A program made the translations under genes and the position numbers. Positions 1-9,782 of a DNA stretch of 32,000 bases are shown here, one piece after another (within the stretch, counting starts at the first letter, position 1; each line of letters opens with the position of its first letter). This DNA is from Pedobacter sp. ASV1-7 (lineage in GTDB: Bacteria > Bacteroidota > Bacteroidia > Sphingobacteriales > Sphingobacteriaceae). The stretch is taken from NCBI RefSeq assembly GCF_040203335.1, contig NZ_JBEHBV010000001.1, positions 519,885-551,884 on the forward strand, written 5' to 3'. The notes under the pieces were generated by a model. That model saw only the letters and a list, made by a program, of their open reading frames with translations. It had not been told where the DNA came from and did no database searches.

Positions 1-1
1 G

Positions 2-256
2 AATGATTTTGACAAAGAATATGTACTTAGCTGGATAAATGGAATTTATTATTTTCAGAATGCAAGAATTGAAGAACTTTCCGAAGTGATTAATCGTTGG
101 TTTGGCCTTAGCGTTATTGTTGAGAGCCCTAAACTGAGGGAGTTGCGCTTATCAGGAATGTTAGAAAAGACTCAGCTTCCCGGATTTCTAAAAGATCTTG
201 AGACTTCAAGTAACATCCAGTATCATTTAACAGGTAATAAACTTATTCTAAAATAA
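2..256 (+). CDS. FecR-family anti-sigma factor, C-terminal fragment (5' end lies outside the window)
   Basis: The frame is open from the window edge to TAA at 254-256. It is absent from the ORF track because no start lies in the window. The translation NDFDKEYVLSWINGIYYFQNARIEELSEVINRWFGLSVIVESPKLRELRLSGMLEKTQLPGFLKDLETSSNIQYHLTGNKLILK fits the FecR C-terminal (DUF4974-type) domain pattern. The downstream SusC carries the matching STN signalling domain. Confidence 0.7.
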   Translation, partial: NDFDKEYVLSWINGIYYFQNARIEELSEVINRWFGLSVIVESPKLRELRLSGMLEKTQLPGFLKDLETSSNIQYHLTGNKLILK

Positions 257-325
257 ATTCATTTCTTTATCACCCAATTTCAATCTGCTTGTGTAGTTGT
301 TGTAGTAACCAAATTTAAACAAGCA

Positions 326-2500
326 ATGAGAAAAATTTTACTGGCTTTTCTTGCTCTGCATACCAGTTATGCGGAAGGGCAAATTTTTAAACAAGACTTT
401 AATTCTTCCACTAATAGAACTGCATATATTGGTTCCTCAGCTAATTTATTAGACGGTATTAGTAATTTTGGGAATGCCCCATCCACAATCACAAATAATG
501 CTTTGAGGTTCTCTAAAAATGGAGCATCTTCGGCTTTTTTTGTTCGAAGTACAATTATGGCGAGCAGTGCTCCGGATTTTGTGAAAATGCAGTTTAAGCT
601 TAATGTATCTGTTCCTGCTACAGTGAACGATAATCAAAGCTATGATGCCACATTTTACCTGGGTGATGGTACCGATGTTGGTTTTTCAAACCCTAGCCAG
701 GTCACAGCACCTGTAGCCGCAAGTATTCACACAAAATTTAATATCAAACTCTTAGTCTCCTCCTCAGAGGCAAAATTCTCTATCAATAGTAAAGAGTATG
801 TAGGGGCACAAACTGTTACCCTTTATGTCAATAATACTGGTGATACTATTCCAAAAATATATACGACACCAAATGGAAAAAAGGCAATGGTAGCTGATGA
901 TAAGTTTGACCTTTGGGTAGGGAATGAGCAGGTAATTAACGAAGGTGCTGCAACAACTGCTGGAACAAGCATTAATAAATTTAAGTTTGTTTATCCTTCT
1001 GGTGCTCCGAATGCAATTATAGATTTTGACGATATTGAACTGACCGGTAACGCTGCGGAAGGGCCATCTCAATGGATTAGTGTTGTTAAATACCAGCCAC
1101 CCGCAAGCAATATATATGTGGGTAGTCCAACTATTCTGAAACTTGCTAATGGGACTCTTTTAGTTGCTCATGATTATTTTGGCCCAAACCGCCCTCGTGA
1201 TGCTCAAGGAAGATCGAATTATACGAGTGTCTATAAATCAACCGATAATGGAGTTAGCTGGTCGCTTGTATCTAATATCTCGGGGATGTATTGGGCCAAT
1301 CTTTTTGAACATAAAGGTGCTGTTTATCTGCTGGGTACTAGTGCTGCTATGGGTAGCATCGCTATTCGTAAAACAACAGATGCCGGGCTTACATGGACGC
1401 AACCAATTTCTGCATCCACAGGTTTATTATTTAATGAAGGTGCATCAGGCACTGCCCCACGTTATCATGGAGCTCCGACACCTGTACTAAAGTCAGGCGG
1501 CAGATTATACCGTGCATTCGAAAACCTGGAAGACAATACATTATCTGGGTATAGAGGATACAGAGCATTTACGATATCTATTGACGAAAATGATGACCTG
1601 CTTGATGCAACAAAATGGACTAAGAGCAATGAAATAGCCTTTAATAGTGCCTGGGATCCTGCTGGTTCAGCTAGTACTACAGGATGGGTAGAAGGCAATA
1701 TGGTAGAAGGACCGGATGGAAAAATATGGGATATACTAAGAGTAAACTCTACACCTTTCTTCGATAGATCAGGGAAAATAGAAATCACAAATAGCGGACA
1801 GACAGCAACCTTCTCTCCCAGTAATTTCTTTACTTTTCCCGGTGGTTCCTGCAAATTCGTAATCAGAAAAGATACATCAACGAATATCTATTGGGCAATG
1901 CTTAATGACAATACCAACGGAGTCGAATCCAATCAACGTAACGTAATGGCATTATATGCTTCTGCGGATCTTAATACCTGGCATCTGGCTAAAACCTTGA
2001 TTGAGGATGATCAAAATCTTAGTGCGACAAAATCAATTGAACTGACAGGCTTTCAATATCCTGACTGGCAATTCGACGGTAACAATATCATCTATCTTTC
2101 CAGAACAGCTTATGGCGATGGCGTACCAAGAAGCCATGATTCAAACTTCATTACTTTTGGTCGGCTCGAGAATTATGCAGATTATACACCCGCAACTTTG
2201 TTGTCAGCTATTAAGGCAAATGAAAGCCCTTCAATAGGTAATAAAACTTTAAACAAGAAAAAGTTAACGGCTTACCGAAATGCAGAGAATGGTAATGCAG
2301 AAGTAGTCTTCTTTTGGGATCGGTCTAATGTTCCGGAAGGAGAACTCATAATTCGTGATATTTACGGAAAGATCATTAGCAAGCAAAAAGTTCTACTTAA
2401 TAAAGGATACAATAGATACTCCATACCGCTGCAAAATAAAACCAGTCTACATGTCAGTTATCTCAGGATTGGTAAAGAACAATTCACTTTTAAATTTTAA
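326..2500 (+). CDS. Secreted BNR/Asp-box six-bladed-propeller (sialidase-fold) protein with an unknown N-terminal domain and a T9SS C-terminal sorting domain
   Basis: ATG at 326 with signal peptide MRKILLAFLALHTSYAEG. Residues ~250-640 are paralogous to the 8552-9718 product: Y[VI]GSP, HGAPTPV/HAAPTPI, EGNxVxxPxG...ILRV, FPGGSxKFxIR, GFQYxxW...LSRTA. Asp-boxes are STDNGVSW, TTDAGLTW and SADLNTW. The last ~80 aa (GELIIRDIYGKIISKQKVLLNKGYNRYSIPLQNKTSLHVSYLRIGKEQFTFKF) resemble a type-A T9SS CTD. The first ~245 aa carry no motif I recognise. Confidence 0.8.
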   Translation: MRKILLAFLALHTSYAEGQIFKQDFNSSTNRTAYIGSSANLLDGISNFGNAPSTITNNALRFSKNGASSAFFVRSTIMASSAPDFVKMQFKLNVSVPATVNDNQSYDATFYLGDGTDVGFSNPSQVTAPVAASIHTKFNIKLLVSSSEAKFSINSKEYVGAQTVTLYVNNTGDTIPKIYTTPNGKKAMVADDKFDLWVGNEQVINEGAATTAGTSINKFKFVYPSGAPNAIIDFDDIELTGNAAEGPSQWISVVKYQPPASNIYVGSPTILKLANGTLLVAHDYFGPNRPRDAQGRSNYTSVYKSTDNGVSWSLVSNISGMYWANLFEHKGAVYLLGTSAAMGSIAIRKTTDAGLTWTQPISASTGLLFNEGASGTAPRYHGAPTPVLKSGGRLYRAFENLEDNTLSGYRGYRAFTISIDENDDLLDATKWTKSNEIAFNSAWDPAGSASTTGWVEGNMVEGPDGKIWDILRVNSTPFFDRSGKIEITNSGQTATFSPSNFFTFPGGSCKFVIRKDTSTNIYWAMLNDNTNGVESNQRNVMALYASADLNTWHLAKTLIEDDQNLSATKSIELTGFQYPDWQFDGNNIIYLSRTAYGDGVPRSHDSNFITFGRLENYADYTPATLLSAIKANESPSIGNKTLNKKKLTAYRNAENGNAEVVFFWDRSNVPEGELIIRDIYGKIISKQKVLLNKGYNRYSIPLQNKTSLHVSYLRIGKEQFTFKF

Positions 2501-2561
2501 AATACTCACCCTAATTGACACTCAATGGGTATTAATATTAAATCAAATAATCCAGTTTCCG

Positions 2562-5500
2562 ATGGGAAAAATGAAACTTATTAGCACGAGCCCAATGGGC
2601 CACGTCTTCAAATTGGCTCTTGTTTACTCTTATCTAGCATGCTTTATTAGTGCAGGAGCTTTTGGGCAAGATAAAGGAGATGACGTAAAATTAAGTGTAA
2701 AGGGAGCAAATATCACCTTAGCCCAAGCCTTTCTACAAATTAAAAAGCAAACAGGCCTTACTGTGTTTTACAACAATCAACTTTTAAATGATAAAGAAAA
2801 AGTAAGTATTGACTTGAAAAATACCAGTTTGGGTATAGTCTTAAATACCTTGTTGAAAGGTAAAAATATTGGATATGAAATTCGCAGAGATAAAGTGATC
2901 GTACTCAATAATAAACCCGCTCCAGCTATTCCAGCAAATAAACAAGAAAACACTTACCTGCTTAAAGGGAAAGTGGCCGACTCAGAGACTAATGAAACTC
3001 TTATAGGCGTTTCGATAGTCGTTAAAGGTGAAAGGAATCGAATGGCGGTAACTGATAGAAATGGTAATTTTTCTATCCGCGTGTCAAAATCTGATGTTTT
3101 AACTTTTATGTATGTCGGCTATAGTCCCATCGATGTACCTGTGGCAAATATTAATAATGATCCGATCAAGCTTAAACCTAGCACTAGTGCCTTAGATGAA
3201 GTGGTGATCATTGGATATGGAGAGGTTAAAAGAAGTGACTTAACGGGGTCTGTTGCAGAGGTGAAAGTGAAGGATATACAAAAGGCACCTGTTGCTACTT
3301 TTGATCAGGCTCTTGCAGGTCGGGTTGCCGGTGTACAGGTGACTAGTAATGAAGGGCAGCCAGGAAGTCCTTCTAACATTGTAATTAGAGGAGGCAACTC
3401 CCTTACCCAAAGTAATTCTCCTTTGTATGTAATTGATGGCTTTCCCATGGAGGATCCTGGTTTGGCATCAATAAATGCACAGGATATTAAATCAATTAAT
3501 ATCTTAAAGGATGCTTCTGCAACAGCAATATATGGCTCACGTGGAGCAAATGGAGTGGTGGTTATTGAAACAAAGGATGGTAAAGTTGGTAAGACTACCT
3601 TTTCCTATGATGCGAATTTTGGAATACAAAAGGTAACGGAAAAGATGGATCTGATGAGCCCTTATGAGTTTGTAAAATATCAGGCAGAGTTTGATCCGGT
3701 TTATGCAGAAAAGGCTTTTTTAAAGGATGGTATAACTTCTGAATATTATAAAGATGTTAAGGGCATAGATTGGCAGGATAAATTATTCAGGGATGGGTTA
3801 GTACAAAACCATAGTCTGGCCATAAATGGTGGTAATACTTCAACGAAATTTTCTATTTCCGGCAATATTACTGAACATCAAGGGGCAATTATTAATTCAG
3901 GATTTAATCGTTATCAAGGCAGGGCTTATTTCAATCATAATGCAAATAAAAAGCTAAGTTTTAACCTTCAGGTTAATTATGCCAAGGATAAAAGCTATGG
4001 TGATTTAGCATCTACCAATACTTCAGGAACTCAACCTTATGCTAGTTTTTTGTTGTATAGGGTTTGGGGATATCGTCCATTAAATGCGTATGGAAGTACA
4101 GTGAATCTTGAAAATGAATTTTTAGATGAAGATGGAAATGACGCCCGTTTCAATCCCATTATCGATTACAGCAATTCTGTAAACGATAGAAGTAACGAGA
4201 ATTTTAATTTTAATGGCAACGCTTGGTATAAAATTTTACCTAATCTTACCCTCAAAGTTAAGGGGGGACTCAATTCCAGAACATTAGAAGAAAGTAGTTT
4301 TTACAATGCTTTAACATCAAGGGGTAGCTCGCTATCTACTGCAAATACCAAAGGAGTTAACGGTGGTATTCGCTTTACAAATTATAAAACCTGGGTTAAT
4401 GAAAATACACTTACCTATAGACCTAAACTAAAAAAAGGTCAGTCTTTAACAGGTTTAATTGGCTGGACTATACAAGGTGATATCTTTAAAAGATTTGGAT
4501 TGTCTGGAGAGTATGTTCCAAATGAACTGTTGGGTCTTTATGGTATCGACGAAGGAACTCCCGGAGCCAATACAGCTACAATCTCAGAAAATTATTTAAT
4601 GTCTTATCTGGGACGTGTAGATTATTCATTAAATGATAAATATTTACTTACAGCATCACTTAGATCTGATGGATCAAGCAAGTTCGCCAAAGAGAACAGA
4701 TGGAGTTATTTCCCTTCTGCAGCATTTGCATGGAAGTTAAAAAATGAGGCATTTATGAATAGCTTGAATTTCATTAGCGACGCTAAATTAAGAACAAGCT
4801 ATGGTCTCACGGGTAACAATAGGATCGGTAATTATGCGATTTTCTCTGAAATGGGCTTACCATATACTGCTTATTATTCTTTTGGGAATTCGGTTAGTCA
4901 AGGTATCCAACTAAACACTTTTGGGAATAAGAATTTAAAATGGGAAACAACAGAACAAATTGATCTGGGTTTAGATTTAGCATTATTCAAAAATAGAGTT
5001 AACCTTACCGTTGACTGGTATAAAAAAACGACCAGAGATTTATTGCTTAGAGCTAATGTTCCTTATAGTAGCGGTTATTCTAACATTTTCAAAAATATAG
5101 GAAAGGTAAGTAATCAAGGCTTCGAATTTAGTCTTTCAACTATAAACATAAATGGTAAATCTTTTAAATGGGAATCTGATTTCAATATCAGCTTTAATAA
5201 AAATAAGATCCTTGCATTAGCAGAAGATGAGACAAGGTTACTGAATACCGTAAGTTGGGGCAATCATGGTCAAACCAATCTTTTCATTGCCCAGTTAGGT
5301 GGTCCAATCGCACAATTCTATGGATTAATGTTTGATGGATTATATCAGATTGATGATTTTACATGGCAGAATAATAGTGATCCTTCTATACAACACAGTG
5401 CCAGAACATATACCTTAAAAAAGGGGATTCCTACCAACGGCAGTTCAGTTATCAATCCTGGTGATATTAAGTATGTAGATGTTAATGGTGACGGTGTGGT

Positions 5501-6038
5501 AAATCTACAGGATAATGTAATTATTGGCCGGGGTTTACCCATTCATACCGGAGGCTTTAATAATAACTTTTCTTACAAATCATTTAGTCTGAATGTTTTC
5601 TTCCAATGGTCGTACGGTAATGATGTGATGAATGCAAACCGCATTTATCTGGAAGGAAATGATGCTAGCAGGTCTGCTCTAAACCAATTTGCAACTTATG
5701 CAAACCGTTGGACTTTCGAGAATCAGAATAGTAATATTCCGAGGGCAAAAGGACAGGGGCCAAGTGGCTACTATAGTTCCAGAACACTTGAAGATGGTTC
5801 TTATTTACGTCTTAAAACAGTAGCGCTATCTTATTCGCTTCCATCTACACTTACTAAAAAGCTTAAAGTAGAAGATGTAAGCATATATGCCTCTGCTCAA
5901 AATCTATTTACCTGGACAAATTACTCAGGAATGGATCCGGAAGTTTCTACACGTAATAGTGCATTAACTCCGGGATTGGATTACTCATCCTATCCACGTA
6001 TGAAAATATTCACACTAGGATTTAAAACATCTTTTTAA
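2562..6038 (+). CDS. SusC/RagA-family TonB-dependent transporter, transducer type (N-terminal STN domain)
   Basis: The likely start is ATG 2562 (MGKMKLISTSPMGHVFKLALVYSYLACFISAGAFGQ). The track start at 2355 would overlap the upstream gene by 146 nt. Domains seen: an STN domain (DVKLSVKGANITLAQAFLQIKKQTGLTVFYN...IRRDKVIVL, ~2685-2907), a CarboxypepD_reg-like segment (LKGKVADSETNETLIGVSIVVKG...NGNFSI), and a TonB box/plug (DEVVIIGYG, ILKDASATAIYGSRGANGVVVIETK). The protein ends in a terminal F. Confidence 0.9.
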   Translation: MGKMKLISTSPMGHVFKLALVYSYLACFISAGAFGQDKGDDVKLSVKGANITLAQAFLQIKKQTGLTVFYNNQLLNDKEKVSIDLKNTSLGIVLNTLLKGKNIGYEIRRDKVIVLNNKPAPAIPANKQENTYLLKGKVADSETNETLIGVSIVVKGERNRMAVTDRNGNFSIRVSKSDVLTFMYVGYSPIDVPVANINNDPIKLKPSTSALDEVVIIGYGEVKRSDLTGSVAEVKVKDIQKAPVATFDQALAGRVAGVQVTSNEGQPGSPSNIVIRGGNSLTQSNSPLYVIDGFPMEDPGLASINAQDIKSINILKDASATAIYGSRGANGVVVIETKDGKVGKTTFSYDANFGIQKVTEKMDLMSPYEFVKYQAEFDPVYAEKAFLKDGITSEYYKDVKGIDWQDKLFRDGLVQNHSLAINGGNTSTKFSISGNITEHQGAIINSGFNRYQGRAYFNHNANKKLSFNLQVNYAKDKSYGDLASTNTSGTQPYASFLLYRVWGYRPLNAYGSTVNLENEFLDEDGNDARFNPIIDYSNSVNDRSNENFNFNGNAWYKILPNLTLKVKGGLNSRTLEESSFYNALTSRGSSLSTANTKGVNGGIRFTNYKTWVNENTLTYRPKLKKGQSLTGLIGWTIQGDIFKRFGLSGEYVPNELLGLYGIDEGTPGANTATISENYLMSYLGRVDYSLNDKYLLTASLRSDGSSKFAKENRWSYFPSAAFAWKLKNEAFMNSLNFISDAKLRTSYGLTGNNRIGNYAIFSEMGLPYTAYYSFGNSVSQGIQLNTFGNKNLKWETTEQIDLGLDLALFKNRVNLTVDWYKKTTRDLLLRANVPYSSGYSNIFKNIGKVSNQGFEFSLSTININGKSFKWESDFNISFNKNKILALAEDETRLLNTVSWGNHGQTNLFIAQLGGPIAQFYGLMFDGLYQIDDFTWQNNSDPSIQHSARTYTLKKGIPTNGSSVINPGDIKYVDVNGDGVVNLQDNVIIGRGLPIHTGGFNNNFSYKSFSLNVFFQWSYGNDVMNANRIYLEGNDASRSALNQFATYANRWTFENQNSNIPRAKGQGPSGYYSSRTLEDGSYLRLKTVALSYSLPSTLTKKLKVEDVSIYASAQNLFTWTNYSGMDPEVSTRNSALTPGLDYSSYPRMKIFTLGFKTSF

Positions 6039-6049
6039 TTTGAAAAGCA

Positions 6050-7624
6050 ATGAAATACATTAAGATCTTAACAGCAATAATTACGATAAGCTTAAGCTCA
6101 TGCAGTGGCTTTTTAGATGTAGAACCTAAAGACTCACTAGCCCCGGAGCAATATTATAATACAGAAGCTGAGTTACAAACGGCTTTAACAGGAGTGTATT
6201 CTACCTTTATTAAAGGAGGAACATTCTTGAATAATTTGGGACGCATGGGGCTAGACGCAGATGAGGTCTATAATTACAGGGACCAAAATGATGTAGCCGA
6301 CTATGCGACCTCTCCAAACGACACTAAAATTTTAAATTTTTGGAGAGACTATTATGCGGGAATAGAAAGGGCAAATAAACTGCTCGCTAATATAGATAAA
6401 GCGACAAGTGTACCCCAGAACAAGAGAGATATTATTAAAGGTGAAACCCTATTTCTCAGAGCTTATTTTTATTTTCAACTAGTATCAAATTTTGGAGGAG
6501 TCCCATTAATACTAAAGTCTATAAAAAATTCTGATATCGAAGGTTTACAAGTTCCTAGAACTGATGCGAAAATTGTATATCAACAGATTGTAACAGATAT
6601 GACTACCTCGTCGGAACTGGTACAGGATATTACTGCTATAGGCAATGGAGGTAGAGTAAACAAATCGGCAGTTTATGGCATGTTGGCCAGGGTATGTTTG
6701 TATATGGCCGGTAATCCTTTAAATGATAAAACGCAATATCAGGAAGCCAGAAAATGGGCAAAGAAAGTAATGGGAGTTTCAGTTCATACACTTAATCCTA
6801 GTTATCAGCAAGTATTTGTAAATTATGCTACAGATAAATATGACATAGGAGAAAGTATTTTCGAATTGGAGTTTTTTGGTAATGGAATAGGTATTTATGC
6901 CAATCTAGGAGGTTTTGTTGGGTCTGTAAATGGCATACAAAACAGTAACGATACCGATATAGGGCAAGCTTTTGCTTATTTGCAGACTACTGCATATGTC
7001 AATAAAGCTTTCGAAACAGGGGATTTAAGAAGAGATTGGGCTATATCACCATTTACTTATAGTTCTGGTAATCCTGCTACACCGACTAATGTTGCAGCGG
7101 GATATCATTTTAATAAATTTATTGGAAAGTTTAGACGAGAGTCTGAAATTCTTAAACCAAAACATGCCAGTCGTACTCCACAAAATTATCCAATAATTCG
7201 CTTTTCGGATGTATTGCTGATGTTTGCTGAAGCGGAGAATGAAATTAATGATGGACCAACTCAGGATGCTTATGATGCAATAAATAGGGTAAGAAGGAGA
7301 GGATACGGGGGCAATCAATTTACACCAAATACTATATGTGATTTAACCGGACTTGATCATGGAACCTTTTTAGGGCAGATTCAATTAGAAAGAACCCGGG
7401 AATTAGCTTTTGAGAACATGAGAAAAGCCGATTTGGTAAGATGGGGAATACTCACAAAAAAAATGAAAGAGAGTTTGGCAGATTCAAAGGTAACACCGGC
7501 ATATTCCAGCATTGTAAGGGCTCAGGCATATTTTACTAATGCATCAGACAGAGATATACTTTGGCCAATTCCGAGTTATGAAATTGGCGTTAATCCAAAA
7601 TTAATCCAAAACCCAGGATATTAA
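6050..7624 (+). CDS. SusD/RagB-family nutrient-binding outer-membrane lipoprotein
   Basis: It starts 11 nt after the susC stop. It has a lipoprotein signal (ITISLSSC) and SusD hallmarks: RAYFYFQLVSNFGGVPL, IIRFSDVLLMFAEAENE, ERTRELAFENMRKADLVRWG. Confidence 0.9.
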   Translation: MKYIKILTAIITISLSSCSGFLDVEPKDSLAPEQYYNTEAELQTALTGVYSTFIKGGTFLNNLGRMGLDADEVYNYRDQNDVADYATSPNDTKILNFWRDYYAGIERANKLLANIDKATSVPQNKRDIIKGETLFLRAYFYFQLVSNFGGVPLILKSIKNSDIEGLQVPRTDAKIVYQQIVTDMTTSSELVQDITAIGNGGRVNKSAVYGMLARVCLYMAGNPLNDKTQYQEARKWAKKVMGVSVHTLNPSYQQVFVNYATDKYDIGESIFELEFFGNGIGIYANLGGFVGSVNGIQNSNDTDIGQAFAYLQTTAYVNKAFETGDLRRDWAISPFTYSSGNPATPTNVAAGYHFNKFIGKFRRESEILKPKHASRTPQNYPIIRFSDVLLMFAEAENEINDGPTQDAYDAINRVRRRGYGGNQFTPNTICDLTGLDHGTFLGQIQLERTRELAFENMRKADLVRWGILTKKMKESLADSKVTPAYSSIVRAQAYFTNASDRDILWPIPSYEIGVNPKLIQNPGY

Positions 7625-7635
7625 AAGCAATCGAA

Positions 7636-8562
7636 ATGAAGAAAGCAATATTATGTACTATGTTGATTGTATCGGCATTTGCATGTAAGAAATTGGATGA
7701 CGTGAAGTCGCCTGAATTTAATGTAACAACAGAGAAAACAACTTATAAAGTAAATGAACAGGTAGATTTTAACTTTACAGGAGATGTAGACATCATCTCG
7801 ATATTTAGCGGAACCATAGGTAATGATTATGATTACACCGATGGGAGAATCATGACTTCAAAATTTTTGATCAACTTTGATACGCATACGCTAGATGGCA
7901 CACAAACGAATCAAATTGCGATTCTAATGTCTAAGGATTTCAATAAAGATTATTCGATGAATGGTGTAAACCAGGCTAACTGGATTGATGTTTCCAGTAA
8001 GTTCAGGTTGGCAACCCCTGCCGATAATAGAGCCTGGGTGAATAGTGGTTTTGGTGATATATCTGAATACCTGGATCTTCAAAATCCAGAAACCATTTAT
8101 CTCGCTGTTAAACATACCGTTAGAAACCAGAATCTGTATGGTACAGGTAATTTAAATAGGGTACGCAACTTTAAACTATTGGCTTCAAATGATCTTGGTG
8201 AAACATCTGTTTTTACGCATACTATTGCTAATTGGAATTTATTTTCAACGCCGAATAAAATGCCGAATAGGGCATCATTAGAAGCCAGCCAAATGACACT
8301 AAGACAGAGTACCGGAACAGCTTATGCGGCAGAAAATACAGAGGATTGGGTAGTAAGTGTGCCAATTAACATTACCCCAAGTATTGATATGGGGCCAGAC
8401 CTGGCAATTGGGGTTAAAAACCTTGCGGAAAAGATGCCAAAATCTTATGCTAAAACTTTTACTAAAGCAGGGACTTACAACGTGGTTTTTAAGGCAATCA
8501 ATCAAAATATAGAAGGTAGAAAAGAAATCATTAAACAAATAAAGATAATCATTGAAGACTAA
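7636..8562 (+). CDS. PUL-associated surface lipoprotein of unknown function (SusE/F position; possibly DUF5017-like)
   Basis: Lipobox MLIVSAFAC. It sits 11 nt after susD, the position usually taken by accessory glycan-binding lipoproteins. The family name is from memory only. Confidence 0.6.
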   Translation: MKKAILCTMLIVSAFACKKLDDVKSPEFNVTTEKTTYKVNEQVDFNFTGDVDIISIFSGTIGNDYDYTDGRIMTSKFLINFDTHTLDGTQTNQIAILMSKDFNKDYSMNGVNQANWIDVSSKFRLATPADNRAWVNSGFGDISEYLDLQNPETIYLAVKHTVRNQNLYGTGNLNRVRNFKLLASNDLGETSVFTHTIANWNLFSTPNKMPNRASLEASQMTLRQSTGTAYAAENTEDWVVSVPINITPSIDMGPDLAIGVKNLAEKMPKSYAKTFTKAGTYNVVFKAINQNIEGRKEIIKQIKIIIED

Positions 8563-9718
8563 TCAAATTAAACCATTTATTGCTCTGTTAATCTGCCTTT
8601 TTTACGGGGAGATAACAGTAGCACAAAATAAGGTTCCGGGAACAATTGTGGCCTATAAAAATGCTGTGGGTAAATCGTATATAGGTTCTCCTGGTTTATG
8701 CATATTACCTGATGGCAGTTATCTGGCTAGTCATGATTTTTTTGGAAAGCAAACCGGAGAAAATCAATCTGTCATTTATCGTTCTGATGATAAAGGAAAG
8801 ACCTGGAAAGATATCGCACATTTAGATCAGTTTTGGTCAGAGCTTTTTGTACATCAGGGAGCTGTCTATTTTATTGGTCCTGTAAAAGCCAATGGCAATC
8901 TTGTAATCAGGAAATCTACAGATGGTGGTTTTACCTGGACCAGTCCTACAGATGAGAACAATGGCTTAATCTTAAAGGGTAAATATCATGCCGCACCAAC
9001 ACCTATTGTTGCTCATAATGATCGTTTGTGGCGATCGATAGAAGATTCAAGCTCGCCAAAGAAATGGCCGGGTACTTATAAAGCCCTAACCATATCTATC
9101 AAAAAGAATGATGATCTGCTACAATCAAAAAACTGGACAAAAAGCAACCTCTTAGAACAGGATAGTACTTATCTTAATGGTCAGTTTATGGGCTGGTTGG
9201 AAGGCAATGCAGTGGTGTCACCCAAAGGGGAACTTTTAAATATTTTAAGAGTTCATACTTTGGATCAACATAAGGAATATGCTGCAGTTACTAAAGTTAG
9301 TGCTGATGGTAATGTAGCCTCTTTCGACCCTGAAAATGGATTTATAGATTTTCCGGGAGGGAGTAAGAAGTTTACAATCCGCTATGATAAAAAGTCAAAA
9401 AAGTACTGGGCTTTAACTAACTATGTTCCTGAGAAATACAGAGGGATCAAACAGTTGGATCGAATTCGTAATACATTGGCATTGTGTTCTTCTACTGATC
9501 TTAAAAATTGGAACGTCAATAACCTCATTATTCAAAATGAAGATTATAATCATCATGGTTTTCAGTATGCTAATTGGTTGATTGAAGGTAATGATATTAT
9601 AGCCTTGTCAAGAACTGCATTTGATGATGGGCATGGAGGTGCTAACGATTATCACAACAGCAATTATTTAACTTTTCATCGCATTAAGAATTTTAGAAAA
9701 ATAGCAAAGGAAAAATAG
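8552..9718 (+). CDS. BNR/Asp-box sialidase-fold protein, periplasmic paralog of the 326-2500 core
   Basis: An obligatory TTG start at 8552: an in-frame TAA lies at 8546-8548 and there is no downstream ATG in the signal peptide MKTNQIKPFIALLICLFYGEITVAQ. It overlaps the upstream gene by 11 nt. Asp-boxes are SDDKGKTW, STDGGFTW and STDLKNW. The position of the sialidase FRIP motif reads YIGSP, so the Arg is absent. Confidence 0.8.
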   Translation: MKTNQIKPFIALLICLFYGEITVAQNKVPGTIVAYKNAVGKSYIGSPGLCILPDGSYLASHDFFGKQTGENQSVIYRSDDKGKTWKDIAHLDQFWSELFVHQGAVYFIGPVKANGNLVIRKSTDGGFTWTSPTDENNGLILKGKYHAAPTPIVAHNDRLWRSIEDSSSPKKWPGTYKALTISIKKNDDLLQSKNWTKSNLLEQDSTYLNGQFMGWLEGNAVVSPKGELLNILRVHTLDQHKEYAAVTKVSADGNVASFDPENGFIDFPGGSKKFTIRYDKKSKKYWALTNYVPEKYRGIKQLDRIRNTLALCSSTDLKNWNVNNLIIQNEDYNHHGFQYANWLIEGNDIIALSRTAFDDGHGGANDYHNSNYLTFHRIKNFRKIAKEK

Positions 9719-9782
9719 ATATTGCCTTAGGATTATCTTTAGTTTATTTACCTTGTATTTGAATGCAAGAAATTAACCGTAA

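Noticed and set aside
449-1854. Several 60-130-aa ORFs nested in the 326-2500 gene (449-637, 764-1072, 1164-1490, 1465-1854)
   Set aside because: They are nested within, or out of frame with, a long CDS that has a paralog and clear domain support. They have low-complexity composition. The same reasoning applies to the other short nested ORFs in the track (for example 5345-5542, 7046-7318, 13925-14534, 17050-17666, 30309-30597, 30836-31239).
2355-2561. 5' extension of the SusC ORF as given in the ORF track (start 2355)
   Set aside because: It overlaps the upstream gene by 146 nt, and the extra 69 aa have no signal or domain character. ATG 2562 gives a normal N-terminus directly followed by the STN domain.
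326-9718. Annotating the two BNR proteins as exo-alpha-sialidases (nanH-like)
   Set aside because: Only the fold-level Asp-box signature is visible. The FRIP arginine position reads GSP in both, so sialidase activity cannot be asserted.
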